Of a stretch of DNA of 63,765 bases, positions 10,339 through 20,100 are shown piece by piece. This DNA is from an uncultured bacterium (GTDB taxonomy: Bacteria > Zixibacteria > MSB-5A5 > UBA10806). Location of the stretch: the NCBI GenBank assembly GCA_965541585.1, contig CBEUCH010000018.1, positions 1-63,765 on the forward strand. Direction: 5' to 3'. The translations under genes and the position numbers were made by a program. The notes below the pieces were generated by a model. It saw nothing but the letters and a program-made list of their open reading frames with translations. It ran no database searches and was not told where the DNA came from. Position 1 is the first letter of the stretch. Each line of letters starts with the position of its first letter.

Positions 10339-10416
10339 AATTAACCTTAATTTATTTGTGCCTTGATACTATGCAAATATATACGAGAAGCTTAAGATTC
10401 AGACTTTCCATTATGC

Positions 10417-11637
10417 CTAGCAATCAACGATAGTATTACAAGACTTTTGCGCTGCTTGTTCACTACCAAATAATGAATCTACAGTTGGCTCGAATTGCCG
10501 ATCAAAATTTACTTGATAGCCTTTACTTGTAAGAATCCTAGTCATCTTGCCAACATCAGTGCGATCTTCAATTACAAATTGTTCACTGTTTTTTTCTAAT
10601 TCTGTATTTAAGACCATTCTCGAAGAATATCCCTTTGGCGCTGTCGAGCTACCTGCACTCAATTCTGTTGCGCCTATCTCCAACAGCTTCAATCGGAGCT
10701 CCAGAGGTTCCCTTGTGCTTACTATGATGTGAGCCCACGGTATGGAGATTCTTATAATTGACACTATTTTCATAAGCGTCTCATCCGTAATAGAATACGG
10801 AGATGTAAACATAGTCCCCAGCGCATGACGTATCCGCGGTATGGAAATGGAAACTACTTCCACTCCATATTTTTCCCGAAGATATTGTGCATGAGCAACC
10901 ATACAGGCAACATCGTATTTCCAGTCGGTTAATCCAAAAAGAACCCCAAGACCGAGAATCTTTACTCCGATATGAATTGCATTATCAAACACCCTCAGCC
11001 TGTCATAAAAATGAGATTTGGGCCCATGCTTGTGATACAGCTTAAACGCCTTTTGATCATAAGTCTCTTGAAAAACCCTATAATAAACTGGGAAACCAGA
11101 TTGGAGCATTTGCACAAATTCGTCTTCCGTTGGTGGCTCTGCGTTTATACATACCTCATTCATCGAATTACCACTATAGCAGGTATTATAAAGAAGAGAT
11201 AGATGCTCCCCAATTCGATTCCTTAGACTAGGAAAGTCGCCGTAGATGAGGCAACTTCTGCGATGGCCCTGCGCCAACAATATTGCCGTCTCTTCACATA
11301 ATTCATTGGAAGAGAGCGTTCGTCTTAAGAGAGTTCTATTTTTCGCTCTAAATGCGCAATAGACACATTCATTTCGGCATAAGTTTGTCACATAGATTGG
11401 CGCAAACAACCATACTTTATTCTTGAATAGTCTGCCCCGTATAGAATTCGCCTTTTCATATACTATCTTCCATACTTCTCGGTCATTGGACAAAAGTATT
11501 GCAACAATATCACTAAGATCTAAATCGAATGAATCATTTGACTTATCAAGTATATTAGAAATTCTTGAAGATGAAATTCCCCCAGTTCTCTCCATTATTT
11601 TAGTTATTTCAAATGGGATGTTGTTTAGAGCAGACAA
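10417..11637 (-). CDS. Radical SAM enzyme of the ThiH/HydG/NosL aromatic amino acid lyase family
   Basis: FAPIYVTNLCRNECVYCAF (CxxxCxxC), FQETY, SIPRIR, STRE, SAGSST.P.GY, QF.IED; no HydG C-terminal Cys motif; AAAGGGGA RBS before TTG. Confidence 0.85.
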   Translation of the reverse strand: MSALNNIPFEITKIMERTGGISSSRISNILDKSNDSFDLDLSDIVAILLSNDREVWKIVYEKANSIRGRLFKNKVWLFAPIYVTNLCRNECVYCAFRAKNRTLLRRTLSSNELCEETAILLAQGHRRSCLIYGDFPSLRNRIGEHLSLLYNTCYSGNSMNEVCINAEPPTEDEFVQMLQSGFPVYYRVFQETYDQKAFKLYHKHGPKSHFYDRLRVFDNAIHIGVKILGLGVLFGLTDWKYDVACMVAHAQYLREKYGVEVVSISIPRIRHALGTMFTSPYSITDETLMKIVSIIRISIPWAHIIVSTREPLELRLKLLEIGATELSAGSSTAPKGYSSRMVLNTELEKNSEQFVIEDRTDVGKMTRILTSKGYQVNFDRQFEPTVDSLFGSEQAAQKSCNTIVDC

Positions 11638-11722
11638 AAAATTCCCCTTTCTTTATTTAACTACAGTCCTTCATAGCTACCTGAAGGCAAAAATCAAAAA
11701 CATCCTCATCCATATAGTATAA

Positions 11723-12499
11723 TCATTGATCAGATGATAGTCTATTAAGAAATTCTGAAAAGTCATTAATTTCGTGGCCATTCTGACAACATAGGTCAAA
11801 GAACTCCAAACACCTTTTTAGCGATTTCGCTTCATCAATATATTTGATTCTAAAAAATTCAACGACGTTATCCTTCACATACCGTTCGCCGTTGAGTACA
11901 CAGCCATTATATACGATGAGGTCATCAGGATCAAAGGGAATTTCTCCCTTGCTAAACTCATCTTTCGTGCATGTAAAATTTCCTGACGGCATCCAATATA
12001 GCTTGAATTTGCGCTCCAAATGCCAATCGACAAACTCTTCAAGTCTACTGTCTACTTTCAGTTCTTCTTTCTCCCGAACTATCAACCTCTTTTTATCTTG
12101 CATATTATCGCTTTTTTCTTTTTGTTTGTCAATATACCTTGTATGGCTAAGAAATTCCGTAGGAAGTATCGTACAAATTGCATTAAATCGCTTATTAGCT
12201 ATATCCAAAAGGGATATCAAGACCTCATTGTATTGGGCAGGGCTTACTAAAATGCCTTCTCTATATTTAGGTTCCTTTATGAATTCCCTCACTGGGTATA
12301 GAATTCTTCTGTCCTTGAATAATTTATAAGCCACCTTTACCACCTTTGCGATAGTCAATTGAAGGACGCCAACAAAAATACCAAGGAAAAAACCCAGAAT
12401 TGGACCGGCTTGATTTGTTGCAAATGCCGATGTCAAAGCCACAAAACTCGCCATAACTATAAGTTCTATTTTGGTTTCTGGCATCTGTAGGAATTTCAT
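11723..12499 (-). CDS. Hypothetical membrane-anchored protein
   Basis: 258-aa ORF overlapping the livK stop (ATGA); two hydrophobic N-terminal segments, then a soluble domain. Confidence 0.7.
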   Translation of the reverse strand: MKFLQMPETKIELIVMASFVALTSAFATNQAGPILGFFLGIFVGVLQLTIAKVVKVAYKLFKDRRILYPVREFIKEPKYREGILVSPAQYNEVLISLLDIANKRFNAICTILPTEFLSHTRYIDKQKEKSDNMQDKKRLIVREKEELKVDSRLEEFVDWHLERKFKLYWMPSGNFTCTKDEFSKGEIPFDPDDLIVYNGCVLNGERYVKDNVVEFFRIKYIDEAKSLKRCLEFFDLCCQNGHEINDFSEFLNRLSSDQ

Positions 12500-13644
12500 G
12501 ACTCATACCAGACGAATTTACCTTTCGAAATCGTTTTAAAACCAATCGGCTTATGCACATCACCATTCTCATCAAACGTCATTATCCCAGAAGAACCTCG
12601 ATACTCTTCGAGCCTATTTAGCCCCTTTCTAACACCCTCTCCTGTATATTCACCAGATAGTTCTATCGCCTTTGCTATCATCTTGACGGCATCATAACCA
12701 GCATTCGCACCTATCCCAGGTTCTTTTCCATACTTTTGTTGGAATGCTGCTATAAAGTGGGCAACCGCCGAAGATTCAAGATCAGGGTCAATAGGATAAG
12801 GGTAAATGACTCCTTCTGCAGCTTCTTTCGCTAGTTCCACAATACCAGGATCCTGAAAAGCAACACTGCCAATTATTTGTTTTTTTAATCCTATTTCTTT
12901 AGCCTGTCTAAGTATCAAAGGAATTTCCCTCGGATAACCTACCAAGTAAACAGCATCTAATTCCCTCGCTCTTATCTTATTTAGCTGTGTTTTATAATCA
13001 GTGGCATTCTGGTCGAATACTTCTATAATGTCTATTTTGCCCCCTATAACATTAAACTCATTTTCGAATACATCTTTCAAGCCCTTGCCATAGTCATTAT
13101 TAATATATATGATAGCGACTTTTCGATAACCTAAAACCTCATACGCATATTCCGCAGTTGCCTTACCTTCATCTGCATCGGAATTCCAAATCCTAAAAAA
13201 GTATGGACCTGCCTCTGATAATTTTGGCGCTGTTGCTCCAGGTGAGAGCAGGACTATCTTATTTTCCTGCGCTAATGGAGCAATTGCGAGAGTTGGTGAG
13301 CTTGCTATATCCCCTATGATAGCTTGAACCTTTTCAACTTTTATTAGCCTATGAAAACTACCTACCGCCTTTTGAGGAGTTGCTTCGCTATCTTCGTATA
13401 ATAGTTGTATCTCTTTGCCTATGACACCACCGTCATTATTAATCTCCTCAATAGCTAAGTCCATACCTTCCTTGTCATTTTGACCCCAAACAGCGGCGGA
13501 TCCTGTTAGTGGTAAAATAGCCCCTATCCTAATCTCTCCAGCATCCTTCTTCCCGCAGGTAATCGCTCCCATCCCAATCGCGGTCGTAATGACCAGAATC
13601 GTCAGTACCTTGATCAGGCTAACATGCAACCTCATCATATCCAC
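12496..13644 (-). CDS. livK: LivJ/LivK-family periplasmic substrate-binding (lipo)protein
   Basis: IRIGAILPLTG, AIEEIN..GG, NNDYGKG, YDAV, G.MTFDENGD; signal peptide ending in Cys. Confidence 0.88.
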   Translation of the reverse strand: MDMMRLHVSLIKVLTILVITTAIGMGAITCGKKDAGEIRIGAILPLTGSAAVWGQNDKEGMDLAIEEINNDGGVIGKEIQLLYEDSEATPQKAVGSFHRLIKVEKVQAIIGDIASSPTLAIAPLAQENKIVLLSPGATAPKLSEAGPYFFRIWNSDADEGKATAEYAYEVLGYRKVAIIYINNDYGKGLKDVFENEFNVIGGKIDIIEVFDQNATDYKTQLNKIRARELDAVYLVGYPREIPLILRQAKEIGLKKQIIGSVAFQDPGIVELAKEAAEGVIYPYPIDPDLESSAVAHFIAAFQQKYGKEPGIGANAGYDAVKMIAKAIELSGEYTGEGVRKGLNRLEEYRGSSGIMTFDENGDVHKPIGFKTISKGKFVWYES

Positions 13645-13787
13645 CTTTTGCTTTTAGTGTCTCTAATTTTGTCCATTTATATTTCGGATACAACATCTCC
13701 CCTGCACGTTTACCAAAGCGGGCAAAATCATAGCTGCGAGTTACAAATACTACTACCACGCCTTCCCGGGGGGAGGGAATTATGCGA

Positions 13788-13817
13788 TTTATAACAAGAA
13801 CGCATATTGGTTGTCAA
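13788..13817 (-). promoter_or_regulatory. Putative sigma-70 promoter of the liv/radical SAM operon
   Basis: TTGACA-N18-TATAAA with TG upstream of the -10. Confidence 0.5.
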
Positions 13818-13846
13818 GTTCTTTTTTGGGGGAATTCTCGGAACAA

Positions 13847-16800
13847 TTATTCGCCCACCGCCATCCAGCAAATCAGAAAGACTTCCGATTCATCGATTAT
13901 CGGTAGAGGCTCTGGAGCGGCATATGGGGACATTCCCAACTCCTGGACCTTTTCGTGTATTTTGATAGATTTTTCCTCGTCCGAAAGCAATTCATCCCGC
14001 ATGATGGGTCGAAATTCTCTTTCATAACGAATACCCCATGGGGCAAGCAATGCTTCGACAGATTCCTGGATTTCTGATTGAGTGACGTTCTGAGGGGGAA
14101 ATTTGCGGACGTGTTCGGCGATTTCTCTGAATAGAGGTCTGATTCTAGGCTGCAAGTTTTTAGGATCAGTACCTCTAGTCCACTCTTCGTAGATATCCCG
14201 TCGAGCACGCTGCCATGCGACATACGCTCCGGAAATCATTTCGTCATTCAAATTACGAGGAGTATCGGCTTCGCACGATATCCGTCTTAGACAACCGAGC
14301 GTATCAGACAATAATAGGCCATCAGAGCTTGCAGGAATGAATCGCAAGAATATTTTATTCCCTACACTTGCGCAAAAGAACCATCCCTTCTGAACTCCAT
14401 GGGCGATACCTGATCCGGCAGCCCACGGAAGGCTTATTATCTCTCGTTCATATTCCTCCAACCCTTTCCGCAATTCCTGACGATACTCTTCTCCCGTATG
14501 AGCACCCTCGACTTCGTCGCCCCGCTCGAAAAGGTCCGCATCACCGTGGCGTAATGCTTCGATCTGATCCTGGGTTTCTGCAAACGTGATCTCCCCTATC
14601 GCACCGCCCGGGACGACCTCTGACTCGATACCGATCGACGCTGCGGCGCGAGCCAGCTTGCTTCTCACCCGATATTCAAGTGCCAATAAATCATCCAGGC
14701 GCACGTCCGGAAAAAAACACTTTATGAATACCTTTTCATGAGGGCTGCCAATTCTATCAATACGGCCATGCCGTTGGACAAGCCTCATTGGGTTCCAGGG
14801 CAAATCGAAATTGATTACATGACGGCATTGCTGCAGATTCATTCCCTCGGCCAAAATATCGGTGGTCACAAGAATGTCAAACCGGTCTTTCGCGAACCGC
14901 GCCGGCGCTTCCATGGAAATAGGTGCAAACCCAAATATTGTCGCTTCCCGGCTATCTCCCTGGAGCGATCGGTCTCCTACAAGGGCAGCGAGCCGACCCC
15001 TATACGTAGCCAGTCTACGATCGGTCTCGATCTTATCAATGAGATACTCATATATCCATTTGACGGTGTCGCCGTAATATGAAAATATAAGCACCTTTAT
15101 ATTGTCACGGGGGTATTCCCCCTCACCAGCTTCTTTCTTTGCCTTATTCAAAATCATCAGTAGCGATTCCAGAAGTTTGTGCAGTTTGGGTGACATATCC
15201 CGTGTGATCTTTTCGGCTATGTTCGCATAGGATCGCAGCAGATCACGATCACGCATTACATCTGCCCTCAATTCCTCAGCTCGAAATAGTGATAACGGCT
15301 GAGAGCCGGTCTCTAATAATAATTCCTCAATGGCTTCATCTGAGTCAGTCTCTATCAACTCCTCCATTGCCTGGGGAGACGGCACATAGCCTGCATCCAA
15401 GGCCGCAAGGAAGCGTTCATTTGATTCAGCCATTCTTGCGGTAGTCCGCCCAAATGCAAATACCGAGGATTCAAACCGCTTGAGTAAGGCTGACCGTATC
15501 AATCCCACCAGCGCCATTTCACTCCCTGCCGTTCCTCCTTCCCTGAGGTAGCCGGAGGGCTTGTAACGTGCCATTGTTAAAGCCGGTTCTCCCTCCTCGG
15601 GTGCTAAAGCCTCCGCAAATTCCTCGAAAAATCCTGGCGGCAAGACTTCCTCCAGGTCATATTCGATTCGATCCACGTAAGGCGTCGGGAATCGAACCGG
15701 AATCATGACGCCGTCCGGCATTGGAATGCGCTCATGCGGATACCATCTTTTCACGAAACGCCGTGTTCTCCTTACTGTCACTGGATCAAGCACATCAAAT
15801 AAAACGTCCGGACGTAAATCGAAAGGATCTGTCTTTTGTGCATCTGAGAAGCGGTCTTTAAGGGAGCGGATTCCTCTAGTGGCAAAAACAGCATCATGCT
15901 TGATGAAATAGGTCATCAGATAGTATAGATCCCATAGAGAGTTATTCACCGGTGTGGCCGTCATTAAAACGAGCTTTTTGGGCGGTTTTCCTCGCAAGAG
16001 CTTCCGAAGGGCCTGCGCTCGCTGTGTATCGGGGGTACGAAACGCCTGGGCTTCATCAATAACTATGAGTTCATATTCCTCCGGTCTGAAATCAGGCGGG
16101 CCTAAGACGAGCTGTTCATAGGAAAGATTTTCAAATCGCAGCTGCGTTCTTTTTTGAAAACGGTCCCAGGTGCCGTCGCGCAAAGCAGCCGGTGAAATTA
16201 AAAGAACTCTCTGGCGGTTTTCCTGAATGAGTCGCATCATCTCACCAGCTATAAACGTCTTCCCAAGGCCGACACCGTCCGCTATGATAACGCCATTATA
16301 TCGCTTGAGGATTCTTTGAGCGCGGTCGAGACCGTCATTTTGAAAAGTCGTTAAGGGAATCCTACCACTCGGCTGACGCTCCTCCTGCAAGTCATCTTTA
16401 TAAAGCTCCCATAAAACGCGCAAATATATAAGATATGGGTCATATTCAGCGTATCGCTCTTCGTAGATGCTGGCTAAATCATAGGGCTTAGCTTCGTCCC
16501 ACAGGCGATCAAACCACTCCTTCACTTGAGTCACCAATCCGGGTTGATAATGCCCCAGATTCAATTCAAGATTCGATATTAGCCCGGCGGCTGTGAAATT
16601 GGAGGAACCGGAAAGTACGCCCTCATCACCTGAGAAAATGAACGCCTTGCCGTGAAGAAATCTACTTTCATATCGTCGAACCTCTACCTTACCGGCTCGG
16701 AGGACATTGAGGAGTCGTTTGACGGTGGAGTCAACCCGAGGTTCGAATTCTAAGAGATCCCTATCTCTACGAATACCGGTTTCGCTTTCATCCAGCTTAT

Positions 16801-17086
16801 CAGTGAGTATTTTTTCATAAAACTTTGCACCCCTCGGATCGCGCTCCGGGTCACGGCGAGGCATGGCCGGTGGGGAGATCGGCTCAGCGCCCAGAAGCAA
16901 ACGAACATGAGATACACCGTCAAGGTGATCTGCTATCTCGGCGAATCCACCCGGATTGAAATAACCGGTAGCGATAGAAAGCTCGACCGGTTCGGCATAT
17001 GTCTGCTTGAGCCAGTCGAGGTGGGTTCTCAGAGCAATGGCAAGCGTGTTGCCATCAAGATTGTCGACAAATTCAGGTTTGCTCAT
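13847..17086 (-). CDS. PLD-family nuclease domain fused to an SF2 (SNF2-like) helicase
   Basis: FLHGKAFIF...GSSNFT (PLD); ADGVGLGKT, IDEAQ, MTATP, EGMNLQ, QRHGRIDR. Confidence 0.9.
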   Translation of the reverse strand: MSKPEFVDNLDGNTLAIALRTHLDWLKQTYAEPVELSIATGYFNPGGFAEIADHLDGVSHVRLLLGAEPISPPAMPRRDPERDPRGAKFYEKILTDKLDESETGIRRDRDLLEFEPRVDSTVKRLLNVLRAGKVEVRRYESRFLHGKAFIFSGDEGVLSGSSNFTAAGLISNLELNLGHYQPGLVTQVKEWFDRLWDEAKPYDLASIYEERYAEYDPYLIYLRVLWELYKDDLQEERQPSGRIPLTTFQNDGLDRAQRILKRYNGVIIADGVGLGKTFIAGEMMRLIQENRQRVLLISPAALRDGTWDRFQKRTQLRFENLSYEQLVLGPPDFRPEEYELIVIDEAQAFRTPDTQRAQALRKLLRGKPPKKLVLMTATPVNNSLWDLYYLMTYFIKHDAVFATRGIRSLKDRFSDAQKTDPFDLRPDVLFDVLDPVTVRRTRRFVKRWYPHERIPMPDGVMIPVRFPTPYVDRIEYDLEEVLPPGFFEEFAEALAPEEGEPALTMARYKPSGYLREGGTAGSEMALVGLIRSALLKRFESSVFAFGRTTARMAESNERFLAALDAGYVPSPQAMEELIETDSDEAIEELLLETGSQPLSLFRAEELRADVMRDRDLLRSYANIAEKITRDMSPKLHKLLESLLMILNKAKKEAGEGEYPRDNIKVLIFSYYGDTVKWIYEYLIDKIETDRRLATYRGRLAALVGDRSLQGDSREATIFGFAPISMEAPARFAKDRFDILVTTDILAEGMNLQQCRHVINFDLPWNPMRLVQRHGRIDRIGSPHEKVFIKCFFPDVRLDDLLALEYRVRSKLARAAASIGIESEVVPGGAIGEITFAETQDQIEALRHGDADLFERGDEVEGAHTGEEYRQELRKGLEEYEREIISLPWAAGSGIAHGVQKGWFFCASVGNKIFLRFIPASSDGLLLSDTLGCLRRISCEADTPRNLNDEMISGAYVAWQRARRDIYEEWTRGTDPKNLQPRIRPLFREIAEHVRKFPPQNVTQSEIQESVEALLAPWGIRYEREFRPIMRDELLSDEEKSIKIHEKVQELGMSPYAAPEPLPIIDESEVFLICWMAVGE

Positions 17087-17132
17087 TTCTTATTCCAAAC
17101 ATTACTTGATATCCCAAAACGGAACCTCAAGA

Positions 17133-20100
17133 TCACACCTTCTTCTTCCACTCCTTAAAATGCTTCAATGTTGCCCGCAGGCGCTCCTCGTAATCCCAGC
17201 CGACGTGGAATGTCTCGAATATATGGATTAGTTGTTTCTCACTCAACCCGTAAAGATGGGCCACTATGGCGTCGAGCTCATGGATCATATCCGTCTTCTC
17301 ATGCTCGGCTAGCGGACCATACTTGACCCCGACAGCCTTTGCGAATTCCGCGAAACGCCTATCCAAGCAGGCAAGGCGGCCAGCAACTGCTAATATCCGT
17401 GGCAGAATCTTATCGTCCTCAGCGATACGAGGGATGGGAAATGAGTTTATAAGATAGAAATTCATGCTTTCTTCAACGAATCTTCTTGAATACCAATCTT
17501 GAATGATCGAAGATAAAATAGCCAATAAATATACAATGTGCGAGGTTTTCCCCTTCGGCCATAAGAAGGTAGGACCCTTGTTGGTAATAACTACATTGGG
17601 AGGAATTAGAGCGATTCTAACTGTCCTACTATCAGTTGAACGACTAATATCTCTGAAAGCAATCCGTGGATGCAAACAGGGTAACGTAGATTGATCTTTA
17701 ATCCATTCGTCCGAAAATTCAAAGAAAACCGACCTGGCGTTTCGATGGCCACGCTCCCTCTTTTTTTGCAGGTGTTCTATGATCTTTTCAGGCTCAACCC
17801 AGGCGTAGTATTTGCTTGTATCGGGATTCCAGATATCGAAAGATTCACCTTTATAAACCGGCCAATAGCCTTTTGGCGGATCGTTGGTGAGGGTAAAAAG
17901 ATCCCGGTCATTTGTCGCATCGAGTTCGCGTAGAGGTCTGCAGCGCCAGCATCCGATATCGGCATCGAGACGAGGAGCCTTACGCATCTGCAAAAATACT
18001 TTCGCAGATTCTTCTGAAGGCAACAATGGTAAAGAAGCGGTGTCGGTCCAGCCTAATACATCTTCAACCTTATAGGAAACAGGAGGATTAGTTATACCCT
18101 CGTCAAACGTCGACTTACTGCGGTAGGGCCCTCGAAGGTATAGGGAATGATCATTCTTTTCAGGTGTCGATTTTTCAATACTCGTTAACGCTATGGTATA
18201 TCTCGGTTCCGCGTCATCAAAAACCCAACCTCCGCTATTTAGAAGATAAGTAATATCCTCAACTCGGCCATCTGTAAATACTTCTTTCCTGAACATCTCC
18301 GACCCTTTGACAAACCATGCTGAACGAGGTAGAACTACCCCTAATCTCCCGCCATCCTTGTAAATAAGATGCCAAAACCTCCAATAGAAGGCTTTGTAAA
18401 GATCGGGATCTCCCGTTCCCATACCGGGAAAAGGGCCGGTAGTAAGCACCCGGCGGAGAAGATCATTCTCTCTAATTTCTTGTTCGAGGATTCGAACCAG
18501 ATCGGATCGCTCTTTTCTATACTCATTTTTCAAGATTTCTTGGTCGCTCTGACGCATCCCCCGTAGGCCAGGAAAATGCCTTGCCCAAAATGCATCTTCT
18601 TCTATTGTGGCTTCTTCCCACGGCGGATTGCCGATGATGACGTCAAAACCTGGCCGGTCGCGCAGGAAGACCTCGGGAAAGGCAATGGGGAAATGAAATG
18701 GCGGGATGTCGCTCGTGGCTTTTCGGGCTTTCTTGTGCAGCGCGTAGCCGAACAGGTTTTGTAACTCGGTTAGCTTTGTAAGAAACCCGGCTGCTCCCGA
18801 GCCCATTTTTTTGACTATTTCCTTATCCAGACGGGCGGCTGAGAGGATATCGAAAAAGGCGCTTAATTCAGAGAGTCTTTTCCCAATCCCCTCATGAGCT
18901 TTTTTCGCCTTATCTATTTCTCCAATATCAGCGTCGGAGATTTCCCGCAGAGCCTGTATCTCCTTCTGGGCAGCTCCCAGCCACTTTTTTGCCGGGTCCT
19001 CGAATAAGTCCAAAGTATGCCCTTTGCTTGTTAGTTCCTCAAGCACTTCGTCGAAAGTCCCTATCCCCACCAGTGAGTTCCCGCAAACCAGGTTGTGATC
19101 AAGAAATGACAGCGGTAGTCCCGGCACGAACGTATGTATCCAGACCGACAGGCGGGCCAATTCCACCGCCAGGGGATTGAGATCGACCCCGTAAATGCAA
19201 CGTCGAGCAATCAGGCGACGCAGAAGTTGGTTTTTCTCCAGTCGGCGCTCGTCAACAGCCTCGCCGAGCTTTTCCCTGGCGACCGCACGGAGCTTCTCAA
19301 GCTCGGCATCGACACCCTTAAAATGAGGATTATCGCCCAGAAATGAGAGGAACCGTTTCTCAATACGGTCGATGGCGCTTATAAGAAAATGCCCGGAGCC
19401 CATGGCTATATCGGCCACGTAGAATTCGAACAGCATCCGGGACGCTTTATCGGTATCCGTTTTCGCCGCTTTCACCACCTTCTCCAGATGCTCGTCGAGA
19501 GCAGGCTCCAGCGAATGATCGAGCAGGTGATCGACCGCGAAACTCTTGGTATAATACGAACCGCTCGCTTTTCTAGCGCCGGATTTATTATGCAGGTATA
19601 TTTCGCCTTCGGAGACTACTACCTTCTTTTTACTGTCGGTGGGTTTGTAATGGCCTTTTTTGTCGGTTGTCAGATTGGAATCCGCAACCGAAAGCTCATT
19701 TTCGAGAAGGCCTTCATAGATCGTCCCGAATTCCCGAACGCCGAGGGATCGAAAATCAACCGGGCCGAGACCTTCGGGGGTATCCTCATCGAGAAGAAGA
19801 AAAGAGAGAATCAAACCAAACTCGCGGTTAGAGAGGCTGATCTTAGCCAATTCTGCGCCTGCAGGATGATCTTTACCCTCTTCAAACATACCACCGTTGT
19901 ACGGAGGTATATCCCATTCTGATTGACCATCACGAACGGCCTTCCATAATCGATTGACCTCATTCCAGAGAGAAGATCCCGGATCGAAACCATGATTCTC
20001 ATCAATAATCCGTTTTAATTCATGTGCAAGCCTCGTCAGGGACCTGCTTCTATACAACTCATTTGTCCTATACGGTAAAAGATCATGATCTTCGGCATAG

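Noticed and set aside
10417..11637. [FeFe]-hydrogenase maturase HydG or thiamine ThiH as a firm call
   Set aside because: No HydG auxiliary-cluster Cys motif and no hydE/hydF/hydA or thiG/thiS context
11657..11713. 18-aa ORF (MDEDVFDFCLQVAMKDCS) as a RiPP precursor for the radical SAM enzyme
   Set aside because: No RBS; the enzyme lacks SPASM/RRE features and belongs to a family acting on free amino acids
13690..13780. Integron attC site or riboswitch in the livK leader
   Set aside because: No matching RYYYAAC/GTTRRRY pair and no recognisable aptamer
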